Origin: Tubulanus polymorphus
Taxonomy: Eukaryota; Animalia; Nemertea
Assembly (NCBI RefSeq): GCF_964204645.1
Contig: NC_134034.1
Coordinates: forward strand, 11,854,962 to 11,918,961
Length of the DNA: 64,000 nucleotides
Reading direction: 5' to 3'
Position numbers and translations under genes: made by a program. Shown one piece after another: positions 47,797 through 59,700 of the stretch. Under the pieces are notes generated by a model. The model did no database searches. It saw nothing but the letters and a program-made list of their open reading frames with translations, and was not told where the DNA came from. How positions within the stretch are numbered: position 1 is the first letter of the stretch; each line of letters opens with the position of its first letter.

Positions 47797-50700
47797 ATTT
47801 ATAGTGCCTGTATCCATAAAAAAATGTGATCAAAGACACTTTTGTACCAGTAATGAAAACAGATGCATTTTCAGACGTCGCCGGAAAATTGCTAAGCTGT
47901 CAGATAATCTAATAGAAATACATATCACTTGGAAAAAAGGTTTCAATTCTATTCCCCACTTCCTATTCACGTGCGTACATTAATTTTTGCCCTTATCTTA
48001 ACCCTTTCAGTGCGTCTACACCGCAGTGCGGTGTATAAATCAGTGATAGATTTTGCTAGTACACCGCACTGCGGTGTATTGATGTAATTAGTAATTTGTA
48101 ATTATCTCTATTGAAAAATGGCAGCAAGTGTCAAACATAGTGAAATACTAGTAACTAACGATACACCGCACTGCGGTGTAGACGCACTATAGTGGTATTC
48201 CCATTGTTCAACACACTAGGGTGGAATTTTTTAGAATTTTCAAATTTTCTCCAGCACTATAGGGTATTAATTAGTCAGCACTGAAAGGGTTAAAGGAGTC
48301 AATGCGGACCCGACACCTGGAGTACAGAATGAAGCCCGACGAGAATGAAAGATGCACCGGAGAAGACTAAAACTTGACTAATGCTTTAATGAGATTCAAT
48401 TCGCTTCAATTTAAGTCAATTAGCGAAGATCGTCGAAGATCGTCGCCGTCTTAATCGCGAGAAACTTCATAATTCGATCTCACTTGCAGTGTCGCGTATA
48501 ATCGGTAAGGGTTCCGCTGTAAAAACAGAGACCGTCTAACATCTTGTATGTCACGCGTCGTAGAGAATCCTTACGCAGCCAGACGTAGCTCGGGGAGGGG
48601 GCTTGACTTTGAAAGTATCGCAATAACTATTGACTTTTTACCTTGAAATTGAGGCAGTGGAACCTCGTTATGACGAACTTGGACGCGGACCTGGAAATAT
48701 GTTCGTTATAACCGATAGTTCAGTTATATCCGGTATGAAATGATTGAAATTTTCCGACTTGGGACGAAGTTCTAGGTTTGTAATTGCCGATAAATCAAAT
48801 GAATCTGGAAAACTGGATCTTGGAGATAAAATTCTAGGACACAGTTCCACAGTTCTGAGTTAAATTTGACTCTAGAGTCAAAACATTGAAAATGAACTAA
48901 CTTTAACTCAGAGTTAACCCCCGCAACTCACAACTGCAAAACCAGGCCTAGGTTTGTAAGAACCGGATCAGATAAATCGGTTAACTGGATCCTAAAGAGG
49001 AGGGTCGTACTGAAATATTCCTGGCCAGAAAGACGATGAATGCCGAATGGGAAAGATCCATTTTTCAGTGTAAATACAATATCCGCAAAATGTGATCCGT
49101 CATCTGAGTCCGGATAAGAAGCCTGTAGTGAGACACAGATACCAGAGAAAACTACTCATTCCACTGGTCAATAGAATGCATTACTCCAATGTGGAAGCAT
49201 CAAAAACAATATTGATCTGAGAGGAGAGAGAGGAAAGAGAGAGGATAGTGTCTGAGAGGAGAGAGAGGAGAGAGAGGAAAGAGAGAGGAGAGTGTCTGAG
49301 AGAAGAGAGAGTAGAGGAGAGAAGAGAGTGTCTGAGAGAGGAGAGTGTCTGAGAGGAGAGAGAGGAGAGAGAGGAAAGAGAGAAGAGTGTCCGAGATTGT
49401 CCCGAAATGACCAAACAAACCACTGATTTCATCTCGCCAGCAAAAAACCAGATCTTGTTCGTTCATCTTACAAATGCCGTTCTATTTTTCTCGACAGACC
49501 AAATATTACACAAGATTGTCGCAACAAGAGCTACCAATCAAGAGCTACCAATCACCGTTAGCAGTCAGAGAATATGTATGGTTGAATATCTCCGGGAACA
49601 GGTCTCAAAAGTTCTCAGAAAAGTTTCAATCTTCAATTCAAATAGAAAAATCGACAAAAAGTTCTTAAACCTTTGAAGGTTATATGAATAGTTATTTGCA
49701 AGTCTCGATGTATTCGATTAGGCAGCCAACAACAAGAATAACGCCGATCAGTCGCTTGCCGGTTCAGGCTGGTCGAAAGATTGTTTGAATGAACCGGAAC
49801 CGAAATAACCAATTGTGTGCTTCGATTTAAAACCATAAATTCTGTAAACTCGTCCGCCGATCACACAACCATATCTGTAATAAGATAGAAACCCACTATC
49901 TACAGATTAAAAGAAGTTAAAAACGAGAATTTATTTAATAAATCTAAAATATATATAAGACACGACGTTTCGATCTCACCCTAGAGATCATCGTCAGGTG
50001 TGAGGTAAGCAGTATTATTAGTTGGTATTATTTGGTATTAGTTGGTTATTATAATCAGGTACACCTGACGACGATCTCTAGTGTGAGATCGAAACGTCGT
50101 GTCTTATATATATTTTAGATTTAATGAATAAATTCTTGTTTTTAAATTCTTTTAATCTGTAGATAGTGGGTTTTTTTATCTTATAATCCGTTCACCACGT
50201 TTGAGTGTGATGGTTATCGTTCAACTATGTCTGTATTTCCGATTTCAAAATCAAGCCTCCCTCAGGTGTGGTCGGCTTGTAACAAAAATCGAACGCAATC
50301 TACCGATCAATTAAATATCAGGATCAATCCCTATTTTAAGATCATCATCTCATCAAGCCGCGATCACACGAGCATTTTTTGGCCCGGAACAACGATGTCT
50401 TTCGTAACGCGCTATTTTGGAAAAACTCGAAAAAATTTGATAATTTTCCCTAATGACATAAGTTTTTAATTGTCGAAATGTTATCACAGTTAAACGAGGT
50501 CCATAAGATCCAAAGTCACGATCATCGTGTGTAGCGCGTGTTCTACGTACCGCTAAGCGTATTTGTATTAATACATCCTGTATTAACGTGAAAAATATTT
50601 AACATTTAAAGGTTTTTCGCAGCGCGAGGATCAGCTGCAGGAACTACTGCTGAAAACAACGACGACGACGGAGCAAAAAAAAAAAACAATATCACTTGAA

Positions 50701-53700
50701 AACTAATCAAACATGAAACGAATTCGTTTTTCACGACGAAATTTAATTTCCTGCGAAACGAGCAGTCGTCACAAACCTATTGAACCATCGACGACGAAAT
50801 GGAAAAAACTTGTCGATTTACTGAGATACTCGTACGAGAGAACTGCGCTGAGGTTCTCATGTTGGAGAGTAGTGCATTTGAAAGTTTGACTGGGAGCATG
50901 GACGGGGAGAGAGAGGGAGTGAGAGGGAAGGGGAGAGGAAGACGGAGAGAGAAAAGAGAGAGTTAGACAGGGCAGGAAGGGAGGGAAAAGGGGAGAAGAG
51001 GGAAAGGGAGAGAGGGAGAGAGGAAGAGGGGTGAGAGAGAGGGAAAGGGAGAGGAGTGAGCGAGGGGAAGGGGAGAGGAAAAGGGAGAGAGAAATGAGAG
51101 TAAGAGAGGGCAGGAGGGTAAAGGGAGGGAGAGAGGAGTGAGGGAAAGGGGGAGAAGAGGGAGTGAATGGGAGGGAAAGGGAGAGGGAGAGGAAGGAGAA
51201 GGGAGAGAAGAGTGAGGGAGGGAAAGAAGAGTGAGAGGGGGGAAAGGAAGGAGTGAGAAAGGGGATGAACGGTAGTGGAGGGAGGTAAATGGGGAGGGAG
51301 GGAAAGGAGAGAGAGAGGGGCAAAAAGTATAAGAGGAGGAAGAGATATATAGAGAGGAGGGTAAGAAAGATAGATGAACAAAAGTAAAAAAAAAAAACAG
51401 GAATGAGGGCGAGTTATCTTTTCTTTCTTGAAAAGGCTGATGACATTTGAAAAAAAAAACATGGCACATCATTTTCCCTCATAAAATATTCAGCAGAAAA
51501 TCTGAGAAAAATTTACCAAAGTAATATACAGAGAAACATGAGAATATGTCCACCTTATCGCTGAACAATGACGCCAAGTTTCCAGCAAAATGTCACCATC
51601 CCCCGCCTTCAGATTTTTGGTAGAATTTCATTGTGAATTTGGATCGCATCCAAATTTGGTCATATTGATACAAAGCTGAACTCTACATTGATATCATTTT
51701 ACTGTACAGAGGGTAACACTTATTGTACAGAGGGTTACCCTTACTTTACAGAGGGTTACCCTTACTTTACAAAGGGTAACCCTAACTGTAAAGAGGGTAA
51801 CCCTTTCTTTACAAAGGGTAACCCTAACTGTACAGAGGGTAACACTTACTGTACAGAGGGTTACCCTTACTTTACAGAGGGTAACCCTAACTGTAAAGAG
51901 GGTAACCCTTTCTTTACAAAGGGTAACCCTAACTGTACAGAGGGTAACACTTACTGTACAGAGGGTTACCCTTACTTAACAGAGGGTTACCCTTACTTTA
52001 CAAAGGGTAACCCTAACTGTACAGAGGGTAACACTTACTGTACAGAGGGTTACCCTTACTTTACAAAGGGTAACCCTAACTGTACAGAGGGTTACCCTTA
52101 CTGTACACAGGGTAACACTTACTGTACACAGGGTAACCCTTACTGTACAGAGGGTTACCCTTATTTTACAAAGGGTTACCCTTACTGTACAGAGGGTAAC
52201 CCTTACTGTACAGAGGGTAACAGGATATACAGTAAGGGAACCTCAACTGAACAAACGTACAAGATTAAATTCTTATCAGTAAATTAAACTCTCAGTGAGG
52301 GGTCGATGAGGTCAAACAGACACTCTCAGCAGCAGTAACAAGGGGGGTGGAATAAATTAATTAGGATTTCTTATCACTGTATAATTTGAGATTAACCAAT
52401 GAATGTAACATCTTTATTCCTTCCAGCAGTAGCAGCAGTAGCAGCAGGGCTGTGCGAACTAACTACTCTTCATCACTTCATTGGCTCAATCTTAGTGGTA
52501 CATTTCAGTCGACAAGTAGATGGGAAAAATTATTTGGGAGTTCATCTATAAAGTCATCTCAGTTTATAATTCTTTTTTCTGCACAAATGTTTTTCCGTTG
52601 ATTGAACAACTCATTGTACAATTAGGATACAACCCACATGCGTTTTTTGGAAAATGAAATGTAATCCATCCTCAAATAATTTATTCAGGTACCCGGTTTT
52701 GGGACTCGGAGGAGAGGGTTCGGATCACTGTTCTAAAGGGTCGGACTGTGTAGTTAAATCATTCCGTAAAAAGGTTCAATTACTTGTAAATGTTATTTCT
52801 TAATATCGGCGATAAATACTTTAAATTCAAGGTCATAAAAATACCATAAATTTAAAGTCATAAAAATCGTATATAGATGTCGAAAAAATTATATTCAAGA
52901 TAAGTCTTTTTGACTTCTCGAAATAGAACTGCCCCTCAAAAAAAAAGCTTGACACGGGCCTGCAAATATCGATGTAGGATTCATGAGATCGATTTCAGAA
53001 ATCGCACAAGGACACCGGGTAGATCACATCGAGTCCTTGATTCTATGGTAAGTAATCTAATCATCGTAGCTTATCTAATTATAGACAAACCTATCAGATA
53101 CAACTATCTAAATATTGATGTACAATGCCATTATATAATAGCTTTTTGTGCGCATATTTAGTTCAATGAGTAATAATCCGAAAGGCTCCACGTGTGAATG
53201 GTAAAGCTGTAAGACTTCTTAACCGTTTACTGTGAGTCTTCTGAGGTGAAAGACACGTAGGTAATGCAGTTCTCTTCAAAATAGAAAACTGACAGATATT
53301 TGACCAGTTTCATACTGAGTTTATAGACTTATAGTTGAAGTGACAGTCTTATAGAGCAGTTCTCTTCAAAATTGAAAACTGATGGATATTTGACCAGTTT
53401 TATACTGAGTTCATAGACTTATAGTTGAAGTGACACTGTCTTATAGAGCAGTTCTCTTCAATTTAGAAAACTGATGGACATTTGACCAGTTTCACACTGA
53501 GTTTATAGACTTATAGTTGAAGTGACAGTCTTATAGAGCAGTTCTTTTCAAAATAGAAAACTGATGGAGATTTTCACCAGTTTTATACCGAGTTCATAGT
53601 CTTATAGTTGAAGTGACACTGTCTTATAGAGCAGTTCTCTTCAATTTAGAAAACTGACAGATATTTGACCAGTTTCATACTGAGTTTATAGACTTATGGT

Positions 53701-56700
53701 TGAAGCGACAGTCTTATAGAGCAGTTCTCTTCAAAATTGAAAACTGATGGAAATTTTCACCAGTTTTATACTGAGGTTATAGACTTATGGTTGAAGCGAC
53801 AGTCTTATGGAGCGGTTCTATTCGTTACAAATAGAATACTGACAAATATTTGACCAGTTTCATATTTAGTTTATAGACTTGCGACAGTCTTATAGAGCAG
53901 TTCTATTTGTTACAAATAGAATACTGACAAATATTTGACCAGTTTCATATTTAGTTTATAGACTTGCGACAGTCTTATAGAGCAGTTCTATTTGTTACAA
54001 ATAGAATACTGACAAATATTTGACCAGTTTCATATTTAGTTCATAGACTTGCGACAGTCTTATAGAGCAGTTCTCGACAGTCATAAACCACTTGCTGAAA
54101 CCTCTTCATTCGAAACCAATAAAACATCAAGTTTACACATATAACGGAACCTTATTGTCTCTCCGTGATATCGTCTATTGATAACCACTAATGAGAACAA
54201 TCTACCCTTCATCAGAATCTTTGTGAAATAATGAAACGTGTGTCTATGATTATTATCCGGTTTTTGTCAGGCGCTGAATTTTCCCTAATAACCACATCTT
54301 CACTAAGCAAACATACTAAATAAATAATTACATGCACAGACGGCCTCGCCCGTGGTCGTAATTTTCTCAGGAGCTTCGGACAATTTTCTATGATTCTTCG
54401 GAGCGCTCGATAATAACGGGATTCTACCGAGAAAATAACACGTTCTATACACAGTGTATGTAATAATATTACACCAGTAATAACCTATACAGAGTCTCTA
54501 CCAGAACGTGTGGGTGTAATTCAACTGTCGATCCACTTACACAGTTGTGGGGGTTCAATTTGTCTCTGAACCCAGCCAGTTCCACAGTTGTGGGATTCAA
54601 TTTGTTTCTGAACCCAGTTCCACAGTTGTGTGGGTGTAATTCAACTTGTGGATCCAGTTCCACAGTTGTGTGGGTTCAATTTGTCTCTGAACCTAGCCAG
54701 TTCCACAGTTGTGTGGGTTCAATTTGTCTCTGAACCCAGTTCCACAGTTGTGTGGGTTCAATTTGTCTCTGAACCCAGTTCCACAGTTGTGTGAGTTTAA
54801 TTTGTCTCTGAACCCAGTTCCACGGTTGTGTGGGTTCAATTTGTCTCTGAACCCAGTTCCACAGTTGCACATGTCTAATTTGACTGTATCCAGTTCCACA
54901 GTTGTGTAGATAAATTTCAACTCTGAAACCAGTTGTACAATCAAGATTCCAATCAAAAGCGTTCAGTAGCCACGCCGCACCTGACTCCACGTTTCGAGGA
55001 AAGTTGCGTCTTAATTTCGGCAGGTTGTGGTACTACTGACTGGTACAGTGAGCAAGGTGCAGTATTAATCAGTGCTTGTTAACAGGTAATGAAAACAGAT
55101 CAAAGCAAGCACCTGTAAGCAAGCAGCTGTGCTTCCTGTGTAGAAATTAGATACAATTGAGATCTTCAAATATCTCTGATTCTATCAATATTAACGGATA
55201 ACTCTTAATATAGTTCAATATGATGCATGTACTAAGGGAATACATATATCTGCAATACAAGAAACTGTATATAATAGAACTTTTTGTTTGAATTCTTGGC
55301 AGGCATCTTGACTCTCATCAATCCTGGGTTCATGTGTTTGAATCCTGGTGGTAGCAGTCAGTCAGTCAGTCTTTCACTGGTCTCTCATCAATCCTGGGTT
55401 TATGTGTTTGAATCCTGGTGGTAGCAGTCAGTCAGTCAGTCAGTCTTTCACTGGTCTCTCATCAACCCTGGGTTTATGTGTTTGAATCCTGGTGGTAGCA
55501 GTCAGTCAGTCAGTCAGTCTTTCACTGGCCTCTCATCAATCCTGGGTTTATGTGTTTGAATCCTGGTGGTAGCAGTCAGTCAGTCAGTCAGTCTTTCACT
55601 GGCCTCTCATCAATCCTGGGTTCATGTGTTTGAATCCTGGTGGTAGCAGTCAGTCAGTCAGTCTTTCACTGGTCTCTCATCAACCCTGGGTTTATGTGTT
55701 TGAATCCTGGTGGTAGCAGTCAGTCAGTCAGTCAGTCTTTCACTGGCCTCTCATCAATCCTGGGTTCATATGTTTGAATCCTAGTGGTAGCAGGCAGTCA
55801 GTCTTTCACTGGTCTCTCATCAACCCTGGGTTTATGTATTTGAATCCTGGTGGTAGCAGTCAGTCAGTCTTTCACTGGCCTCTCATCAATCCTGGGTTTA
55901 TGTGTTTGAATCCTGGTGGTAGCAGTCAGTCAGTCTTTCACTGGCCTCTCATCAACCCTGGGTTCATATGTTTGAATCCTAGTGGTAGCAGGCAGTCAGT
56001 CTTTCACTGGTCTCTCATCAACCCTGGGTTTATGTATTTGAATCCTGGTGGTAGCAGTCAGTCAGTCTTTCACTGGCCTCTCATCAATCCTGGGTTTATG
56101 TGTTTGAATCCTGGTGGTAGCAGTCAGTCAGTCTTTCACTGGCCTCTCATCAATCCTGGGTTCATATGTTTGAATCCTAGTGGTAGCAGGCAGTCAGTCT
56201 TTCACTGGTCTCTCATCAACCCTGGGTTTATGTATTTGAATCCTGGTGGTAGCAGTCAGTCAGTCTTTCACTGGCCTCTCATCAATCCTGGGTTTATGTG
56301 TTTGAATCCTGGTGGTAGCAGTCAGTCAGTCTTTCACTGGCCTCTCATCAATCCTGGGTTCATATGTTTGAATCCTAGTGGTAGCAGGCAGTCAGTCTTT
56401 CACTGGTCTCTCATCAACCCTGGGTTTATGTGTTTGAATCCTGGTGGTCAGTCAGTCAGTCAGTCAGCCAGTCATTCACTGGTCTCTCATCAATCTGGGG
56501 TTCACGCATTTGAATCCAGTCTTGCCAAATACTGGATTGAAGGATGAAGTTACTAGTGATGTCATACGGGGACGAATGAAGAATTCTGAAAGTTAGTAGA
56601 ACGAGATATTGAGAGGCGTTTACTGCTAATCGATGGTCGCTGATGTCAGAGTTCTCTCTCACAATCTGTGGCAAATTGATGGATTTTTCTCAAGGCACAG

Positions 56701-59700
56701 AGCACAGTTCTGCGTCAGACTTCATTAATCTTCACGCGAAATGAAAAAATAATAATAAGGAACGCGAATTAAGCTACTTATACGCAGCGGAGAGAGTTAA
56801 ATACCTGCGTGGATCATCGATTAACCTTTTTCAATTCTATTAGGGGGTCATTTATTATGTACGAATTAGGGGAGAGGGAGGGGGAGAGGCATGCGTACTG
56901 TAGTGCTTAATGTATATGAAAAAAGGCCGATTTTGTGTATACAGGGTCCGATCTAAAGCACTTGTCCGATTGCCCGGGACAAGTATATTCTCATCAGGGC
57001 TATAGTAGGTTATCATTATCACAGGGCCTGTGCAATTTCATATCCCAAAGAATTTTTCCCAATCGATACAACGGATGATTGCGTCACAATTTGCTCGGCT
57101 TGTGCGTCGGGTCAATAGATTTTTTAACGGGGCAAATGAAATTTCAGATACGCTTGCGATACCGGGAACTAGCTCAGAATGTCACCAATGTCACCAAACA
57201 CAAACGATATTGGATGCAGGTTGAAAAATTCAAATTCTATGCGTACGTAATAAATGAACGATCCCTGCCAACGCTATCAAAGACTCGATCAATTCAGTGA
57301 AATTATAAACTGTCATTAAATGTAACCTTTTTATCCTCCGTGAGTTGTTTTTTCATTTCAATTTACTAGGATATTTCTCTGGGATATGAACGGGCGGCAG
57401 TAATCGATTTTTATTTCAAAACATTTTCACAGATAGATCGGAATTTATTCATTGAAATCGAGTGAATTTGAATTGACAGCTATTACCGCCGAGGCCGCAA
57501 ATTATCGAAGTTTCAAGCTGTGTTTATTTTGCAGTTTATTCAGTAATGATTGCCACCTGACGACCACATGACGACCGTGGTCGACGTTGTTTTCAATACC
57601 GCCCCGGAATCACAGTCAACCTGGTATTTAAATTCTATTTCTTGATTGATTCTATGTAGCACGGACCGACTGTTGCTGCTGGTGCTGCTAGTGGTACTGC
57701 TGCTGGTATTGCTGCTGCTGGTGTTGCTGATGCTGCTAGTGGTACTGCTGCTGTTGCTGGTGCAGCTAGTGGTACTGCTGGTGTTGCTGGTGCTGCGAGT
57801 GGTACTGCTGCTGTTGCTGGTGCTGCTAGGGGTACTGCTGCTGCAGGTGTTTCTGGCGCTGCAAGTGGTACTGCTGCTGTTGCTGCTAGGGGTACTGCTG
57901 CTGCAGGTGTTGCTGGTGCTGCGAGTGGTACTGCTGCTGTTGCTGGTGCTGCTAGGGGTACTGCTGCTGCTGGTGTTGCTGCTGCTGCTGGTGGTACTGC
58001 TACTGTTGCTGGTGTTAGTGGTGCTGGTGGTGAAATAGAGAATAGAACAAGGGAGGAAGAGGGTGAGAAAGGAGATGGTAAGAAAAGAGGGAGATGGAAA
58101 GAGAGAGAGAGGGTGAGAGAAGGTGGCTTAAGATATTGACACGACTACAGTCTGAGCCGCTGAGTAGAAAATCAACAAGACCTGTGTATCTGAATTCATT
58201 AGCAAACATACGACTACAAGAGATGCATTTAAACCCCTGAACCTGCAGCAGTCGGGGAGGGGGGGCTGTGAAACAACTTAAACATCTGATGATTTTAAAG
58301 TGGGGTCAACTGAGTGGTCATCATCCTTATTACAACATAATCTTCAGAGTCTTAACATCTCGAAGCTGTTAGTACAATGTATGTGAACTATTAAACCTCG
58401 CAGATACACCTCTGGAGAGGGGTGGACGGGAGGGGGAGGTTGCGTGATATGCCAAATGCATATAATATTCTCGGAACTAATGGAATAGTCGATGGATAAA
58501 TAAGTGCGATGAACTTTTAATGTCGACTGTCCACTGGGCAGCTCTAACCAACTTTTTAGCAAACGGCTGCTGACTTTAAATTCCGTAGTTGGATATCTAC
58601 CAGAATCCTAAACATACACAGGGAACACAGCCATCCCAGCACGTACTCATACATTGCATTCTAACAACGCGTAAAAACTATCTTAGAAAGTTCTAAAAAA
58701 AATGTGTTTTACAACAACTAAATTAGAATTCTATAGTGATACCTTCACCGCACACTAGGTGGTGCTGAGGTAACAATTTCCACTGATAAAGCCCCATTTC
58801 CGAATTCGACACTTCTGAAATCAAATCCCCGCTTATTTTTATTCGTAAAACCGATCTGCGTAACTAGACCCTCGGGTAATGGCGTCGATTTGTTTCTAAG
58901 CAACTAATTGCGATAGAATTCGACGACATTTAATCGAACGCTTATGAGTGAGTCCCAAGATGACCAAAAGTGCTGTAAACTCTAATTACATTGGAGTCCC
59001 TAGATGACTGTTACATATTATTCAGATCTGAAACCATATGAAGGAAGTCTGAGCAAGACTGTTTTTCACAAAGAAGAGAACCAAATGAGCTTAGACTGGT
59101 CTCAGGTTGTTAGATTGGTTATAGAACCAAAATGAGCGTAAACTGGTCTTAAGTTGTTAGATTGGTTATAGAACCAAAATGAGCTTAAAGTGGTCTTAAG
59201 CTGTTAGATTGGTTATAGAACCAAAATGAGCTTAAAGTGGTCTTAAGCTGTTAGATTGGCTATAGAACCAAAATGAGCTTAAACTGGTCTTAAGTTGTTA
59301 GATTGGTTATAGAACCAAAATGAGCTTAAAGTGGTCTTAAGCTGTTAGATTGGTCACAGAACAAAAATAAGCTACTTATTCAGATTAAGCCTCGTCTACG
59401 CAACAGCCTATTATCACCTATAAGTCAGTAAGAAGTGTAAAGGTTTCCAGTATGTAATGCCTATTGTATAGTGTTGTAGTTAAATATTTGGGTCTTTACC
59501 ACAGGTTATCGAAACCTATTAATCAGAACTATATCAAACCCTGACCCGTCAACTAATTGCAACGATTAGCGACGTAAATATATATTCAATCTACTAGAAA
59601 TAGCTGCAATGAACGTGGTAGATAATATCTTACTCCGCAGCCTGAGCCAATTAAAATTTTTGGAAACGAAAATCTCTCCGAAAAAAACCCAGTCGAATTC

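Larger units (their letters stand above)
49880..50221 (+). mobile_element. Non-autonomous Penelope-like fold-back insertion with two hammerheads and a 14-bp TSD
   Basis: Inverted arms 49880-50001 and 50061-50184 plus a short tail. TSD caaccatatctgta (49866-49879) / caactatgtctgta (50222-50235); empty site caactatatctgta at 60526-60539 in a paralogous repeat. Confidence 0.82.
49745..50342 (+). repeat. Dispersed repeat interrupted by the hammerhead element; uninterrupted copy at 60407-60678
   Basis: Colinear homology atcagtcgcttgccg...gaaccggaaccgaa...caatccctattttaagat. Confidence 0.75.

Noticed and set aside
50769-51472. Three overlapping Pro/Ser/Leu-rich ORFs (similar ones at 49181-49466)
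   Set aside because: Low-complexity pyrimidine strand that lacks stop codons by composition.
55774-56547. 257-aa repetitive ORF
   Set aside because: Product of 63-bp units; adjacent units break the frame via (CAGT)n, and there is no ATG or splice support.
57646-58038. Poly-Leu/Val membrane-like ORF
   Set aside because: Trinucleotide repeat expansion.
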